A stretch of 64,000 nucleotides of DNA, taken from Candidatus Borrarchaeum weybense. GTDB lineage: Archaea; Asgardarchaeota; Sifarchaeia; Borrarchaeales; Borrarchaeaceae. Position 1 is the first letter of the stretch, and every line of letters starts with the position of its first letter. Below are positions 1-10,838 of this stretch, one piece after another. Where the stretch lies: assembly GCA_019057385.1 (NCBI GenBank), contig JAHQJS010000005.1:128699-192698 (forward strand). Reading direction: 5' to 3'. The notes beneath the pieces were generated by a model. It did no database searches. It saw only the letters and a program-made list of their open reading frames with translations, and was not told the origin of the DNA. Position numbers and translations under genes: made by a program.

Positions 1-24
1 TATATTGAGGGGCAGTCTAAAAAA

Positions 25-1788
25 CTATCCTATCAATGTTGCGAATTGTTCATCGATCTCCTTTGAAAGTTCATCACATGTCGCGTCTATTTTTTCGGGA
101 TCAATTATTTTGAGACGAGAGATGTTTTCGTAGACGCCCAGTTTAAGGATGTCCGCTATAGATGCACCACTTTCACTTGCTGCTCTCATCTTTTGATGTG
201 TCTGCATGATTATTCCAAGCATTCGCTTTGCCTTATCTAGGGAACAGTAAGAATCGACTGGATGATATGCATGTTGCATCAAGTAGTCCTCGCGAATGAT
301 ACGCGCGGCCTCAAGCACTACTCTTTCAATCTCAGGTAACGCATCAGGACCTACTAATTGTACGATTTCCTTGAGTTCTTTCTCCTTTTGTAAAAGCGAC
401 ATAGCTTCAATTCTCAAATCTCTCCAATCCGCGCCTAAATTGTCTTTATACCATTCCTCAAGTGTTTCTTGATACAATGAATAACTAGTTAACCAATCAA
501 TAGCTGGGAAATGCCTTCGTGATGCTAAGTCTTTAGATAACGCCCAGAAGACCTTTACAACACGTAATGTGTTTTGCGTAACTGGTTCAGAAAAGTCACC
601 GCCAGGTGGGCTAACTGCGCCAACAACGCTTACAGATCCATAACGTTCGTCAGAACCTAGAGTTTTAACTCTTCCTGCGCGTTCATAAAATTCAGCGATG
701 CGGGATGCAAGATATGCTGGATAGCCTTCTTCTCCAGGCATTTCCTCAAGCCGTCCAGAGATCTCGCGAAGCGCTTCGGCCCATCTTGATGTTGAATCTG
801 CCATGATAGAAACATCATAACCCATATCACGGAAATATTCGGCAAGTGTAATGCCCGTGTAAATACTCGCCTCTCGTGCAGCGACTGGCATATTTGAAGT
901 ATTGGCAATAAGGACAGTTCTTTTCATTAAAGGTTCGCCAGATCGAGGATCCTCTAGTTCTGGAAATCTTTCTAATACTTCCGTCATTTCATTGCCACGT
1001 TCACCACAGCCAACATAGACAACAACTTGTGTGTCAGCCCACTGAGCAAGTTGGTGTTGCATGACTGTTTTTCCGGTCCCAAACCCCCCAGGAATGGCGC
1101 CCGTGCCTCCCTTGGACATGGGGAAGAAAGTATCAAAAATCCGTTGTCCAGTAAATAGAGGAACTATTGCGGGAATGTTTTCTTTGATTGGTCGAGGGAC
1201 ACGAACAGGCCATTTCTGCATCATAGTCAAATCTTGACGTCCTTTATCCGTTTCAACTACTGCAATGACATCTTCAATTGTGTAGTCTCCTGCTGGAACA
1301 ATTTCAACAACCTTTCCAGAGGTTCGTGGTGGAACCATAATTCTGTGCTCGACTAAAGTCGTTTCAGGCACTGTTCCAAGAATGTCTCCACCAGTAACAT
1401 TATCACCAACGCTCAAGCGAGGCGTAAATGACCATTTCTTTGTCCGATCAAGAGGGCTCGCGACAATTCCTCTTGTAATGAAATCACCAGATAATTCTTT
1501 TAAGGAAGGTAAGGGACGCTCAATGCCATCGTAGATCTGGCTGATCAATCCCGGTCCTAATTCAACGCTTAAAGCGCCACCGGTAGCTATAACTTTTTCT
1601 GTAGGTCGAATTCCGGCAGTTTCTTCATATACTTGGATACTACACACGTCGCCTTCTAAGGCGATAACTTCTCCGATAAGTTCTTCACTTCCTACACGAC
1701 ATACTTCGTACATTTGTACGCCTGTCATGTTTTTAGCTTGAATTAACGAACCTGCAACTCGTGTAATTTCGCCTTCTATTGTTGCCAT
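25..1788 (-). CDS. atpA: A/V-type ATP synthase subunit A
   Basis: Walker [42 protein letters not shown] motifs. Confidence 0.98.
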   Translation of the reverse strand: MATIEGEITRVAGSLIQAKNMTGVQMYEVCRVGSEELIGEVIALEGDVCSIQVYEETAGIRPTEKVIATGGALSVELGPGLISQIYDGIERPLPSLKELSGDFITRGIVASPLDRTKKWSFTPRLSVGDNVTGGDILGTVPETTLVEHRIMVPPRTSGKVVEIVPAGDYTIEDVIAVVETDKGRQDLTMMQKWPVRVPRPIKENIPAIVPLFTGQRIFDTFFPMSKGGTGAIPGGFGTGKTVMQHQLAQWADTQVVVYVGCGERGNEMTEVLERFPELEDPRSGEPLMKRTVLIANTSNMPVAAREASIYTGITLAEYFRDMGYDVSIMADSTSRWAEALREISGRLEEMPGEEGYPAYLASRIAEFYERAGRVKTLGSDERYGSVSVVGAVSPPGGDFSEPVTQNTLRVVKVFWALSKDLASRRHFPAIDWLTSYSLYQETLEEWYKDNLGADWRDLRIEAMSLLQKEKELKEIVQLVGPDALPEIERVVLEAARIIREDYLMQHAYHPVDSYCSLDKAKRMLGIIMQTHQKMRAASESGASIADILKLGVYENISRLKIIDPEKIDATCDELSKEIDEQFATLIG

Positions 1789-1854
1789 AATTTTTCACCT
1801 ATAATCCCAGCGGCACTCTACCGCGATTTTAATTATAATAATATGTCGACTTTC

Positions 1855-2166
1855 TCACAAGTCAACTCCAACAGCCCTCTTGACTAGGGCTTTAATTGGA
1901 TCAATTTCTCGTTTCATTGGTCCATGTTTGTCTTGGAGTTCTACAACAATGGGAAATTCCTTTTCGGTAATTTGAGTTATAATTGAACGAACAGAGGCAG
2001 AATCAGCTATCCGTTCAGTAGTAATAATGAGACCAATATCTTTTCTTTCTGAGAGGGTTAAAAAAATGGACCTTGCGTCGTCATCAGTAGTTACATAACC
2101 CTCATCAATCCCAGCTAATTTCAAACCAGTAACAGTATCTTCATCCGCTACAGCTACTATCTTCAA
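1855..2166 (-). CDS. atpF: A/V-type ATP synthase subunit F
   Basis: MKIVAVADEDTVTGLKLAG N-terminus, KRAVGVDL C-terminus; directly upstream of subunit A; TTG start after GAGGAG. Confidence 0.93.
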   Translation of the reverse strand: MKIVAVADEDTVTGLKLAGIDEGYVTTDDDARSIFLTLSERKDIGLIITTERIADSASVRSIITQITEKEFPIVVELQDKHGPMKREIDPIKALVKRAVGVDL

Positions 2167-2192
2167 AAAAATCGCTCCTCTACTTATTAGAT

Positions 2193-2516
2193 CTAAGAGA
2201 TTATGCGGAGGAGAGTCTCAATAACTGTGTCTAAAGCCTTAGATAGGTTTTGATTTGCTTTTTCTTTAAGCGATGCAATTTGTGATTCAGATTCTTTGAG
2301 TATAACATTTACCGCTTCATCGATTTGTTTCTGAATATCCTGTTGAATTGTTTCAGCTTGCCCTTCGGCATTATTCTTTGCTTCTTCAAGCACTTGCCGA
2401 GCTTTTAGGTTTGCTTCTTCTTCAATTTTTTTAGCCTTTTCATTTGCTTCGGAAAGAATTGTGCGTGCTTGTTCCTCTAAATCTCGAATTGCTTTGAGTG
2501 TCTCAATGCTGGACAT
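2193..2516 (-). CDS. A-type ATP synthase peripheral stalk subunit H/G
   Basis: Charged coiled-coil ~107 aa, first gene of ATPase cluster; ATG at 2516 follows GAGGAG. Confidence 0.8.
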   Translation of the reverse strand: MSSIETLKAIRDLEEQARTILSEANEKAKKIEEEANLKARQVLEEAKNNAEGQAETIQQDIQKQIDEAVNVILKESESQIASLKEKANQNLSKALDTVIETLLRIIS

Positions 2517-2811
2517 AAATGATATTCTCCTCAATTTTCATGTAAACATTATGAATCGGTTTTATAATAGTTCCCTTTATATTCCTTTCTATCGCTGGCT
2601 TCGTTTTTCGAGGTCGGGACTTAGATGGAAGAAGATTGCTGTAAATTGAATCTATGAGGGATCTTAAGAGAAATTCTATAAATCTCTGATGCGTTTATAT
2701 ATAGTATCCAGTTTTCTGCGTCCAGTGTAAAGTTTTTATTTCAATTATTTCAATTTGAATCTGTACGTTTATGAAATTTATTTTTGTAAAGGTATTAACT
2801 GTGGGATAATA

Positions 2812-4062
2812 ATGAAAAAGGGATTTAAAAAACTTATACCAGTCTCTGAAGCCATAAATGCCGTTTTAAGCGAACTTAAGCCACTAAAAAGCGAAATAAT
2901 ACATGTTAAAGAGGGCTTAAATCGGGTAATTGTCAATGATATCGTTGCTCGATATGATGTACCAATGTTTGACCGTTCTGCAATGGATGGCTACGCAATT
3001 AGATCAGAAGATTCTTTTGGTGCTAGTGTAACTGACCCTGTGTATCTTAAAATTACAGGGAGAATTGAGATAGGAACTATCCCAGATATTGAAATTAAAA
3101 CTGGAGACGCCGCTCAGATTATGACGGGTGCAGCGCTCCCAAAAGGAGCAGATGCTGTTATAAAAGTCGAGGATACACGAGAACATGGACATAGTATAGA
3201 GGTAATTAAACCATATCCTCCGAGAAAAAATGTTAGTATTAGAGGAGAGGATGTAAGGAGAGGTGACGTTATCCTAAAGCAAGGTCATCTTCTTCATCCT
3301 CAAGACATAGGCATCATAATAGCATCTGGACATGATCAAATAAGTGTAATCCGCAAACCAAAAGTAAGTATTATATCGACTGGGAGTGAACTTATTGATC
3401 CTGGCGAGATACTTGAACCCGGAAAGATATTTGATGTCAATAATGCCACTTTGTCTAGTTTAGTAAGTCAATTTCATTCAATCCCCTCTTTTACCAGAAG
3501 AGTAAAAGATGACAGAGACGAATTATTACAAGCCCTTGAAAAGGCAATTGAACAAACAGATGTCATCGTGTTTTCAGGGGGCAGCTCTGTCGGAGAATAT
3601 GATATAATTGATGAGATTATTCTACAAAAGGGTAAGTTATTAGTTCAAGGTGTAGCTATGCGACCAGGCGCTCCAACACTCATTGGAATCATTAACAATA
3701 AACCAGTTTTTGGTCTTCCAGGCTCACCAGTAGCGGCAATGATTTCCTTTGATGTATTTGTGCGACCAACCCTTCAAACTCTGCTTGGAATGACACCATA
3801 TGATCCAAAACCAATAATTAAAGCGAAACTCAAACGTAGTATTCCATCAGAAGTTGGAAGACGAGATTTTGCGAGAGTAAGGATAGTAAAAGAAAACAAC
3901 GAATTCTTTGCAGAACTTGTAAGAGTAAGAGGATCAGGAATTATAAGCACCTTGGTGAAAGCAGATGGCATAATTGAAGTTTCTGAAGAGCGAGAAGGCT
4001 TAAGCAAAGGAGATTCTGTTGATGTTAAACTCTTTTCACAGCATTATTTTCCCAGTTCGTGA
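2812..4062 (+). CDS. moeA: Molybdopterin molybdenumtransferase MoeA
   Basis: PMFDRSAMDGYA, IMTGA, STGSEL, SGGSSVG, GLPG motifs; start moved to ATG 2812. Confidence 0.95.
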   Translation: MKKGFKKLIPVSEAINAVLSELKPLKSEIIHVKEGLNRVIVNDIVARYDVPMFDRSAMDGYAIRSEDSFGASVTDPVYLKITGRIEIGTIPDIEIKTGDAAQIMTGAALPKGADAVIKVEDTREHGHSIEVIKPYPPRKNVSIRGEDVRRGDVILKQGHLLHPQDIGIIIASGHDQISVIRKPKVSIISTGSELIDPGEILEPGKIFDVNNATLSSLVSQFHSIPSFTRRVKDDRDELLQALEKAIEQTDVIVFSGGSSVGEYDIIDEIILQKGKLLVQGVAMRPGAPTLIGIINNKPVFGLPGSPVAAMISFDVFVRPTLQTLLGMTPYDPKPIIKAKLKRSIPSEVGRRDFARVRIVKENNEFFAELVRVRGSGIISTLVKADGIIEVSEEREGLSKGDSVDVKLFSQHYFPSS

Positions 4063-4136
4063 ACTACAACCCCTACAAGTAGCGTGGCTCCCTGAACCAT
4101 CCATTCCCGTTGAGGGGATTTTCTTGCGGAGAAATG
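4059..4136 (-). mobile_element. 78-bp ends-only IS200/IS605 derivative (PATE-like)
   Basis: Starts GTGAACTAC (reverse complement of a ...GTAGTTCAC right end), ends with hairpin-TTCTTG-N10 then ATAAC, as in the larger elements; removal restores an in-frame TAA for moeA. Confidence 0.7.
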
Positions 4137-4212
4137 ATAACAGGCTTAAGGAAATTTATCAAAAACTCTCTTAGAGAGTTCACATGACTTCAAGTGGTTA
4201 ATAGGAGGTAAA

Positions 4213-6189
4213 ATGTTGAAACGCAAAGTCTACTTAGATCTAGTGTCTATAGAAGAAGCAAAAAGAAGGTTTTATGAGCATTTTAAAATAACTTATCACC
4301 TCACTAATTCATCTATATGGGATGCAGGTGGAAAAGTTTTAGCAGAAGATATTGTTGCAGGATACGATGTACCTCCTTTTGATAGGGCTCGAATGGATGG
4401 ATATGCACTTATTGCCAGAGATTCCTTTGAGGCGGATGAAGACAATCCTATTACATTGAAAATAGTAGATGAAATACCCGCAGGTGTTATTCCAGATGTT
4501 GAAGTCAATTCTGGGGAATGTACTGTTATATCAACAGGTGCAGTAATTCCAAAAGGTGCAAATTCTGTCATCATGGTAGAGTACACAGAACAAGAAGAAA
4601 AACAAGTGAGATTATTTAGATCTGTTGTGCCTGGCGAAAACATCATGTTTGCAGGATCTGACATTAAAATAGGCGAAATTGTGTTAAGAAAGGGTGAACG
4701 ATTATCACCACGAGAAATTGGTGTTCTAGCCGCTCTAGGAGTTTCTGAAATCCCTGTTTATCAACAACCAAATGTAGCAATAATCTCAACAGGAGATGAA
4801 ATAACATCACCAGGTGAACTTCTTGAACCTGGGAAGATTTTTGATATAAATGGTGCTACATTAACAAATGCCGTGAGAGAGTGTGGATGCAAACCCAACT
4901 TTTTAGGTATTATAAAAGATTCTCCTGAAATGTTAAAAGAGCAACTCAAAAAAGCGCTCTCTAAAGCTGATGTTGTACTTATATCTGGAGGAACCTCTAA
5001 AGGTGTTGGAGACCTTTCCTACAAGGTCATCAATGAGTTAGGAACGCCAGGTATACTAGTTCACGGCGTGGCAATTAAACCAGGTAAACCACTGCTTTTG
5101 GCGGTAGTAGATAATAAAGCGATAATAGGACTGCCTGGATACCCAACATCAGCGCTAACTGTTTTTGAGCGTCTTGTAGCACCGTTCTTGCGTTCATTAG
5201 CTGGGATAAATAGTCTTGAAAAAAAGGTTCTTGAGGCATACATGGTCACACGAGTAGATCATGCTCTTGGTCGCCATGAATTTCTTCCTGTCCATATTAT
5301 TAGAAAGGACTCCAAATATTTTGCATATCCAGTTCTTACTGGTTCAGGCGCAATAACTACTCTGAGTTTTAGTGATGGGTTCGTTGAAATTCCCTCAAAC
5401 CAACTTTTCATTGATGAAAATGAAAGGGTTACTGTAGAATTATTTAGCAACACTATTGAGCCCGCAGATCTTGTCTTTATTGGAAGCCACTGTCTTGGAT
5501 TAGATCTCATCTACAATTTAATGCAAAAACATGATCCAAGTGTTTCTTTCAAACTAATCAATGTAGGATCGATGAGTGGTATAAAGGCAATAAGAAGGGG
5601 AGAAGCAGATATTGCAGGAATACATCTTTTTGACGCAAAATCAAATGAATATAATTTACCATTTCTTCAAGACATTATTGGTCAAGTCATAGTTATAAGA
5701 GGTTATAAACGAGAGCAAGGTTTGATAGTTGAAAAAGGGAATCCAAAAAATATAACGGGGCTACGAGATCTACTGAGAGATGACGTGTCTTTTATTAATA
5801 GACAAAAAGGATCTGGAACACGGATCCTCACTGATTTCGAATTAGAAAAAATCGCTCAACAAGAAAATATGAAGTTCTCAGAACTTATTTGGGCTATTAA
5901 AGGCTATGAAGTTGAGGTGAAAACACATAGTGCTATTGCATCATCCATAGCGTACAAAAAAGCGGATATTGGGGTGGCAATATATTCCGTTGCTGCAAAA
6001 TATGATCTTGATTTTATACCAATTCGTGAAGAACTCTACGATTTTATAATCCTCAAAGACCGCTTAGATAAGGAAAGCGTTAAACTCTTCATTAAAACTC
6101 TCAGATCAAAAAAATTCAAAGAAAAACTCAGTTTAGTCTATCCTGGTATGCAGCCTACTGAAAAAACGGGATCTATAATATCTGAGTAA
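4213..6189 (+). CDS. MoeA fused to a C-terminal substrate-binding (PBP) domain
   Basis: PPFDRARMDGYA, SGGTSKG, GLPGYP then GSHCLG...GSMSG...AGIHL...NRQKGSGTR. Confidence 0.93.
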   Translation: MLKRKVYLDLVSIEEAKRRFYEHFKITYHLTNSSIWDAGGKVLAEDIVAGYDVPPFDRARMDGYALIARDSFEADEDNPITLKIVDEIPAGVIPDVEVNSGECTVISTGAVIPKGANSVIMVEYTEQEEKQVRLFRSVVPGENIMFAGSDIKIGEIVLRKGERLSPREIGVLAALGVSEIPVYQQPNVAIISTGDEITSPGELLEPGKIFDINGATLTNAVRECGCKPNFLGIIKDSPEMLKEQLKKALSKADVVLISGGTSKGVGDLSYKVINELGTPGILVHGVAIKPGKPLLLAVVDNKAIIGLPGYPTSALTVFERLVAPFLRSLAGINSLEKKVLEAYMVTRVDHALGRHEFLPVHIIRKDSKYFAYPVLTGSGAITTLSFSDGFVEIPSNQLFIDENERVTVELFSNTIEPADLVFIGSHCLGLDLIYNLMQKHDPSVSFKLINVGSMSGIKAIRRGEADIAGIHLFDAKSNEYNLPFLQDIIGQVIVIRGYKREQGLIVEKGNPKNITGLRDLLRDDVSFINRQKGSGTRILTDFELEKIAQQENMKFSELIWAIKGYEVEVKTHSAIASSIAYKKADIGVAIYSVAAKYDLDFIPIREELYDFIILKDRLDKESVKLFIKTLRSKKFKEKLSLVYPGMQPTEKTGSIISE

Positions 6190-6264
6190 CAAATCATAGA
6201 AAAGAAAAAGAAGTGCGAGATTTTAAAAGACTCAATTGGTTATTCTCAGTAGAATCTCATTATT

Positions 6265-7404
6265 TTAGAAGCATCGATGAATGGCAGCGGCGCCCATGTC
6301 TTGGTATTCTTTTTTAGTCACCCACATTTTCTGGAAGGTCTTAAGTGACGATAGAATACTACCTCCGATCCAGACACTGTAGCGTCTCTCTGGTGGGGCA
6401 ATGATTTTGATCTCTACGCCTTCGGGTACCAGTTCGGTGAGTTCCTTGTGCATGCGTTCCTTTAGTCCGGGGAACATGGTGGAACCGCCTGATAACACGA
6501 TGTTACCGTAGAGTTCGCGGCGCAAGTCGACGTCACATTTCATGATGGCTTGGTAGATGGCTTCGTCAATTGGTGAAGCTTCTAAGCCGATCACACCTGG
6601 GTTGAAGAATACTTCGGGAGCCAAGAAACGTTCAGGACCGACCACTAAGGATTGGCCATCTGGCAGAGTATAGGTTTTCTCCATACCGGAGACTTTCTCC
6701 GCTAATTTCATTTCCTTCTCGGGGTCTAGGGCCACGTAACAAAGTTTTTCCTTGATGTCACGGACGATTTCACGTTCGGCAGATGAGGTCAATGAATAGC
6801 CTCGCTGTCGGAGCAGTCGTCTTAAATACTCGGTGAGGTCACGACCGGCTAAATCGACACGAGAGATGGCGTGAGTGATGGCGAACCCTTCATAGATGGG
6901 CACGATATGTGTCACTCCGTCACCGCTGTCGACTACGATACCCGTAGTTCTTCCGCTGGCATACAGACTCAATACTGCCTGCATGCTAATATATACGGCG
7001 GGTACGTTGAATGTTTCAAACATGACTTCCGTCATCTTCTCTCTGTTGACTTTGGGATTGAGTGGCGCTTCGGTCAGCAAAACAGGGTGCTCATTAGGGT
7101 TAACTCGCAGGTCATTATAGAAGGTATAATGCCAGATTTTTTCCATAGCATCCCAGTCGTTGATAACCCCATGTTCTACAGGGTAGATGAGTTTCAACAC
7201 ACCTCGTAAGTTCAAGGCTTCTTCGCCGATATAGTACTCCCTTACGTAATGCTCAACATCGGTCATAATAGACTTATATTTTGGGTAGCCAATGAGCGTT
7301 GGGAAGACACTCCTGGGCTGATCCTCTCCAGCATAGCCGTTTTTGGACAGACCAGTCCCGTTATCTACCACCAACGGCTTTCCAGTTATTCCTTCTTCTT
7401 CCAA
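6265..7404 (-). CDS. Actin (Asgard-type, eukaryote-like)
   Basis: [78 protein letters not shown]-terminal HRCF. Confidence 0.98.
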   Translation of the reverse strand: MEEEGITGKPLVVDNGTGLSKNGYAGEDQPRSVFPTLIGYPKYKSIMTDVEHYVREYYIGEEALNLRGVLKLIYPVEHGVINDWDAMEKIWHYTFYNDLRVNPNEHPVLLTEAPLNPKVNREKMTEVMFETFNVPAVYISMQAVLSLYASGRTTGIVVDSGDGVTHIVPIYEGFAITHAISRVDLAGRDLTEYLRRLLRQRGYSLTSSAEREIVRDIKEKLCYVALDPEKEMKLAEKVSGMEKTYTLPDGQSLVVGPERFLAPEVFFNPGVIGLEASPIDEAIYQAIMKCDVDLRRELYGNIVLSGGSTMFPGLKERMHKELTELVPEGVEIKIIAPPERRYSVWIGGSILSSLKTFQKMWVTKKEYQDMGAAAIHRCF

Positions 7405-7645
7405 TGGTTTTCCTCCATTTAAAAATCTTTAAAACACTTATTAAAAGAACTTAATCGTATTAAAAAAAACTTGTGGTAAAAGTCTGCGTTTTTCATGTTC
7501 CATATCGTAAACTACTTTAGATTTCAACTTCTTGTCTGCAGATAGTTTCAGTCTATGGAATGAAAAAAACTATATATTCCCAACGTTAAATAACGCGACT
7601 TTTTCACTGTTTGAACTCATTAGCTTTCTTAGTACCTCATTATAA

Positions 7646-8617
7646 TCAAATAAGTTTCATGGGTGCTGCTAGTTTGCTTAACAAAACAACTCTACTTGGG
7701 GTCGATTCGTCTAATATTCGATATCCGGTCAATTGACTCAAGTTTTCTGAAAATTCACGGATTTCCTCATGTGTTGGCATATGAGATAAGGCTAACCTAT
7801 CGCGAGAGTGACCCACCCACATATATGCTTTTGGCTCTATGTATACGCTTTCAGCTTTTGCTATTAACTTTGCATAGTCCTCTACATGCTCTAGGTTGTG
7901 TTGCTTTACTAGCGTCAATCGAAGCACAGTCGGACAGCTGAAACTATGAAGCATTTCCAAGGTTTCATTAAGTTTTTGCCATCCGTCATGGATTTGAGGT
8001 CTGCAAAGTCGTCTATAAATCTCTTCAGTGGGCGCAGAAACCGATACATATAATTGGGTAGGTTCTGTTATCTCAGATAGTCGCTCTGGAACCGTACCAT
8101 TTGTAACTAAGAAGGTAGTGAAGTCCATTCGGTGAAATTCTTCAATTAACTCGCCCAGTCGGGGGTACAAAGTCGGTTCTCCGGAAAGACTGATCGCAAC
8201 ATGTTTTGGAGAGAGCGCTTCGCTATATTTCAAAGGATCGACTTTGTTATGCGCTTTTGGATTATAACCGCTTAAGAGTCGTTTTTGTTCAATTAATGCA
8301 CCTTGAATGATTTCCTGAGGATCATCGACTTCTATATCTGTCATCTTTGTTCTATCTATTGAACTATCATAATAGCGCCAACAGTATAGACATTGTTGTG
8401 TACAAAAATTCAAGGCACATGTCATTTGCAAGCATCTATGTGTTTGAATTCCATAGAATTTAGACTTATAGCAGACAGTGTTTTCTACCAAACTTTTGCG
8501 TACCCAGCGGCAAGTTTTTACTGCGCTATGGCGTCCTACAATATGATATTTTTGTTTAAGAAGGGTTTTTTTCACGCTTTCAGGAATAAGTTCTCCATAC
8601 ATTCTTGTCGCGCCCAT
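7646..8617 (-). CDS. taw1: 4-demethylwyosine synthase Taw1/TYW1 (radical SAM)
   Basis: HSAVKTC, CYKSKFYGI, CTQQCLYCWR, AISLSGEPTLY. Confidence 0.95.
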   Translation of the reverse strand: MGATRMYGELIPESVKKTLLKQKYHIVGRHSAVKTCRWVRKSLVENTVCYKSKFYGIQTHRCLQMTCALNFCTQQCLYCWRYYDSSIDRTKMTDIEVDDPQEIIQGALIEQKRLLSGYNPKAHNKVDPLKYSEALSPKHVAISLSGEPTLYPRLGELIEEFHRMDFTTFLVTNGTVPERLSEITEPTQLYVSVSAPTEEIYRRLCRPQIHDGWQKLNETLEMLHSFSCPTVLRLTLVKQHNLEHVEDYAKLIAKAESVYIEPKAYMWVGHSRDRLALSHMPTHEEIREFSENLSQLTGYRILDESTPSRVVLLSKLAAPMKLI

Positions 8618-8665
8618 TATAAGAATACTAGACTAGAATAACTGGATTGTATTATAACTCTTTTT

Positions 8666-10681
8666 TTATACGGGAGGTGAAACCTTCTCTATACGATCTT
8701 TTTTGATTAATGGTTTTTCTGAGAAAAGTAAAAGGGAAGGACAGGTATCTAAACATTGAGTACAGTTTATACACTTTTTCTCATCGATTATCGGATAATT
8801 ACGTTGTACATCAAGAATTGTCGCTCCTTGAGGACAAAATATCTCACAAAAGCCACATCCGACACATTTCTGAGCTCTTGCAAAAATCTTTGCAAGATTT
8901 TTTATCAACTTTTTTCCCGCTTTTAGATGTGATGTGCTCACTTTGAAAGTTCCATCAGCAAATATGGTGACAGACGACTCGTTTATTTGCATATTAACTT
9001 GGTCAAACGCTTCATTTGTCCAACTCTTTCCTAGAATATTAAGGAGGTTTCCTATCCGCTGAATATCTAATGGGTATGGAAATCGTCCTTCCATTGTATA
9101 AAAATCATCATTATGAGAGCGAATTTTCTCTTTTATCACATATCGGGTAGGTTGTATGTCTATATGAGATTCAAGCTCATTAGTTTGTAAGCCCAGTTGT
9201 TTGGCTACTTGTATCTGACCTTTTGCAAGGGTTCTCCATCTCCAAAATCCGTGTGTTGCCCATTCTTCTGCATATCCATTTGATTTCGCCCAGTTCGTTA
9301 GAAATTCCATCCAGAATCTGTAAAGATGTTCGTGGGTCTCTTTAATATCATGTAATTCAGAAAGTTTCATAGCAGGGCAATAAATGCATCCAATTCGCTC
9401 AAACCCTTTATAATAGAGAGGATTAGCAATAGCATTTTTCATAAGCAGATAGAGCCAAACATGAAGTGCAGTCCAGTTTTTTATGGGACTCGCTCCGATC
9501 TGTCCTGGCACAAAGGGGTTCTTCCACACTCTATGCTCTTGTGCACGTGGCTGAGATTCGTATCGTCTAACGCCGAGAAAGGTTACTACTCCCTCTGGAT
9601 AGTTTTCTCTAATGATCTGTGCAGTGGGAGACAGTTTTAGAAGTTTGCAGCACCATCGAAAATCTCGCGCTGGAGGACCAAATTTTTCAAGCATAACATC
9701 CCAATCAGCTTCGGTCTTTTTGTAAATTAATCGGTTTTCTATACCTAGGTCTTTCATAGTAGTAAATACATTTTCTATTGTTTCAGGGAACTCTATTCCC
9801 GTATCAGCAAAAAATACATCAAACTGATCTTCTAAAGCCTCTAATGCCAATAATAGAAGACATAAACTATCCTTTCCACCGCTATAAGCTACTGCTTTAG
9901 GTTTTCTGTAACTCTTAGCTAGGGATCTCATAAATTGAATGGCTTCTTCTGCCCTTGAGTTCAAAATCTGCACGTTTGCCTGTACTGCCATATCCCATGT
10001 TTGTCCGTCATGATGAATAGTTGGAGGAGTTGGGGGTTCACGGTGTTTTATTTTTACGACCATACCTCTCTTTGTAGCAAGAATTGTCTCTCCTGAGAAT
10101 TTCGCTACACCTACCGCTAAAACCTCGTCGGATGGAGTTATTATCAACACATCATCTCCAGGTTGAATTGAGGGATCACAATCCTTTACACCAGGTGCAA
10201 GGAGACTTGCGCCCTTAAGAAGTGGATCAACTGCTCCTTCGTATATTTTTACCCACTTATTACATCCAGCAAGCCATAACCGCCTTGCTCCTTCAACCTT
10301 AGGCAAAAACTTCCATCTTTGATGCAGTATATCGAAATAAAGTGCGCCTATAATGACTCCATCAAGAATTATTTCGTTCCTTCTGTCAAGTGCAGGTGCC
10401 TTATTGAGCACAACGAGTTTCTTGTCAGGAATCAATTTTTGTCCTACACCTTCACCTGCAAACTGAAAATCTATAGTTTGCCGAATTAATTCGATATCAT
10501 GAGCAAATGCGGGACGTGTATCTCCTGGAGGTGTGATTTTGCATTTTATAGTAGGACTTCCGCATAGAGTGCAGTTTTCCATTTCCAAGATAGGTAGGTT
10601 ACACTGAAAACACCAATATAGCAGAAGAGGACCAAGATAAACTTTCTTTGGCATTTTTACTGAAGACTCCTTAGAGAACAT
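8666..10681 (-). CDS. PAPS reductase family protein with PUA and 4Fe-4S domains
   Basis: YSGGKDS, RWCCK, ERIGCIYCP, PUA-like GASLLAPGV, two C-terminal CxxCxxCxxxCP. Confidence 0.88.
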   Translation of the reverse strand: MFSKESSVKMPKKVYLGPLLLYWCFQCNLPILEMENCTLCGSPTIKCKITPPGDTRPAFAHDIELIRQTIDFQFAGEGVGQKLIPDKKLVVLNKAPALDRRNEIILDGVIIGALYFDILHQRWKFLPKVEGARRLWLAGCNKWVKIYEGAVDPLLKGASLLAPGVKDCDPSIQPGDDVLIITPSDEVLAVGVAKFSGETILATKRGMVVKIKHREPPTPPTIHHDGQTWDMAVQANVQILNSRAEEAIQFMRSLAKSYRKPKAVAYSGGKDSLCLLLLALEALEDQFDVFFADTGIEFPETIENVFTTMKDLGIENRLIYKKTEADWDVMLEKFGPPARDFRWCCKLLKLSPTAQIIRENYPEGVVTFLGVRRYESQPRAQEHRVWKNPFVPGQIGASPIKNWTALHVWLYLLMKNAIANPLYYKGFERIGCIYCPAMKLSELHDIKETHEHLYRFWMEFLTNWAKSNGYAEEWATHGFWRWRTLAKGQIQVAKQLGLQTNELESHIDIQPTRYVIKEKIRSHNDDFYTMEGRFPYPLDIQRIGNLLNILGKSWTNEAFDQVNMQINESSVTIFADGTFKVSTSHLKAGKKLIKNLAKIFARAQKCVGCGFCEIFCPQGATILDVQRNYPIIDEKKCINCTQCLDTCPSLLLFSEKPLIKKDRIEKVSPPV

Positions 10682-10838
10682 TCAACAAGAGCTCTCTGAA
10701 ACTTCTTTTTCATCCTTTAAAATCTTTCTGTAACTCACTTTGCGGTAGAATAATCATCATTTCGTAATTGTACGGGTTGGATTCTCTACTTCCTTTGTTG
10801 GCAAGAGTTTAAAAAGGGTAGAAAGCACTAAACCATCT

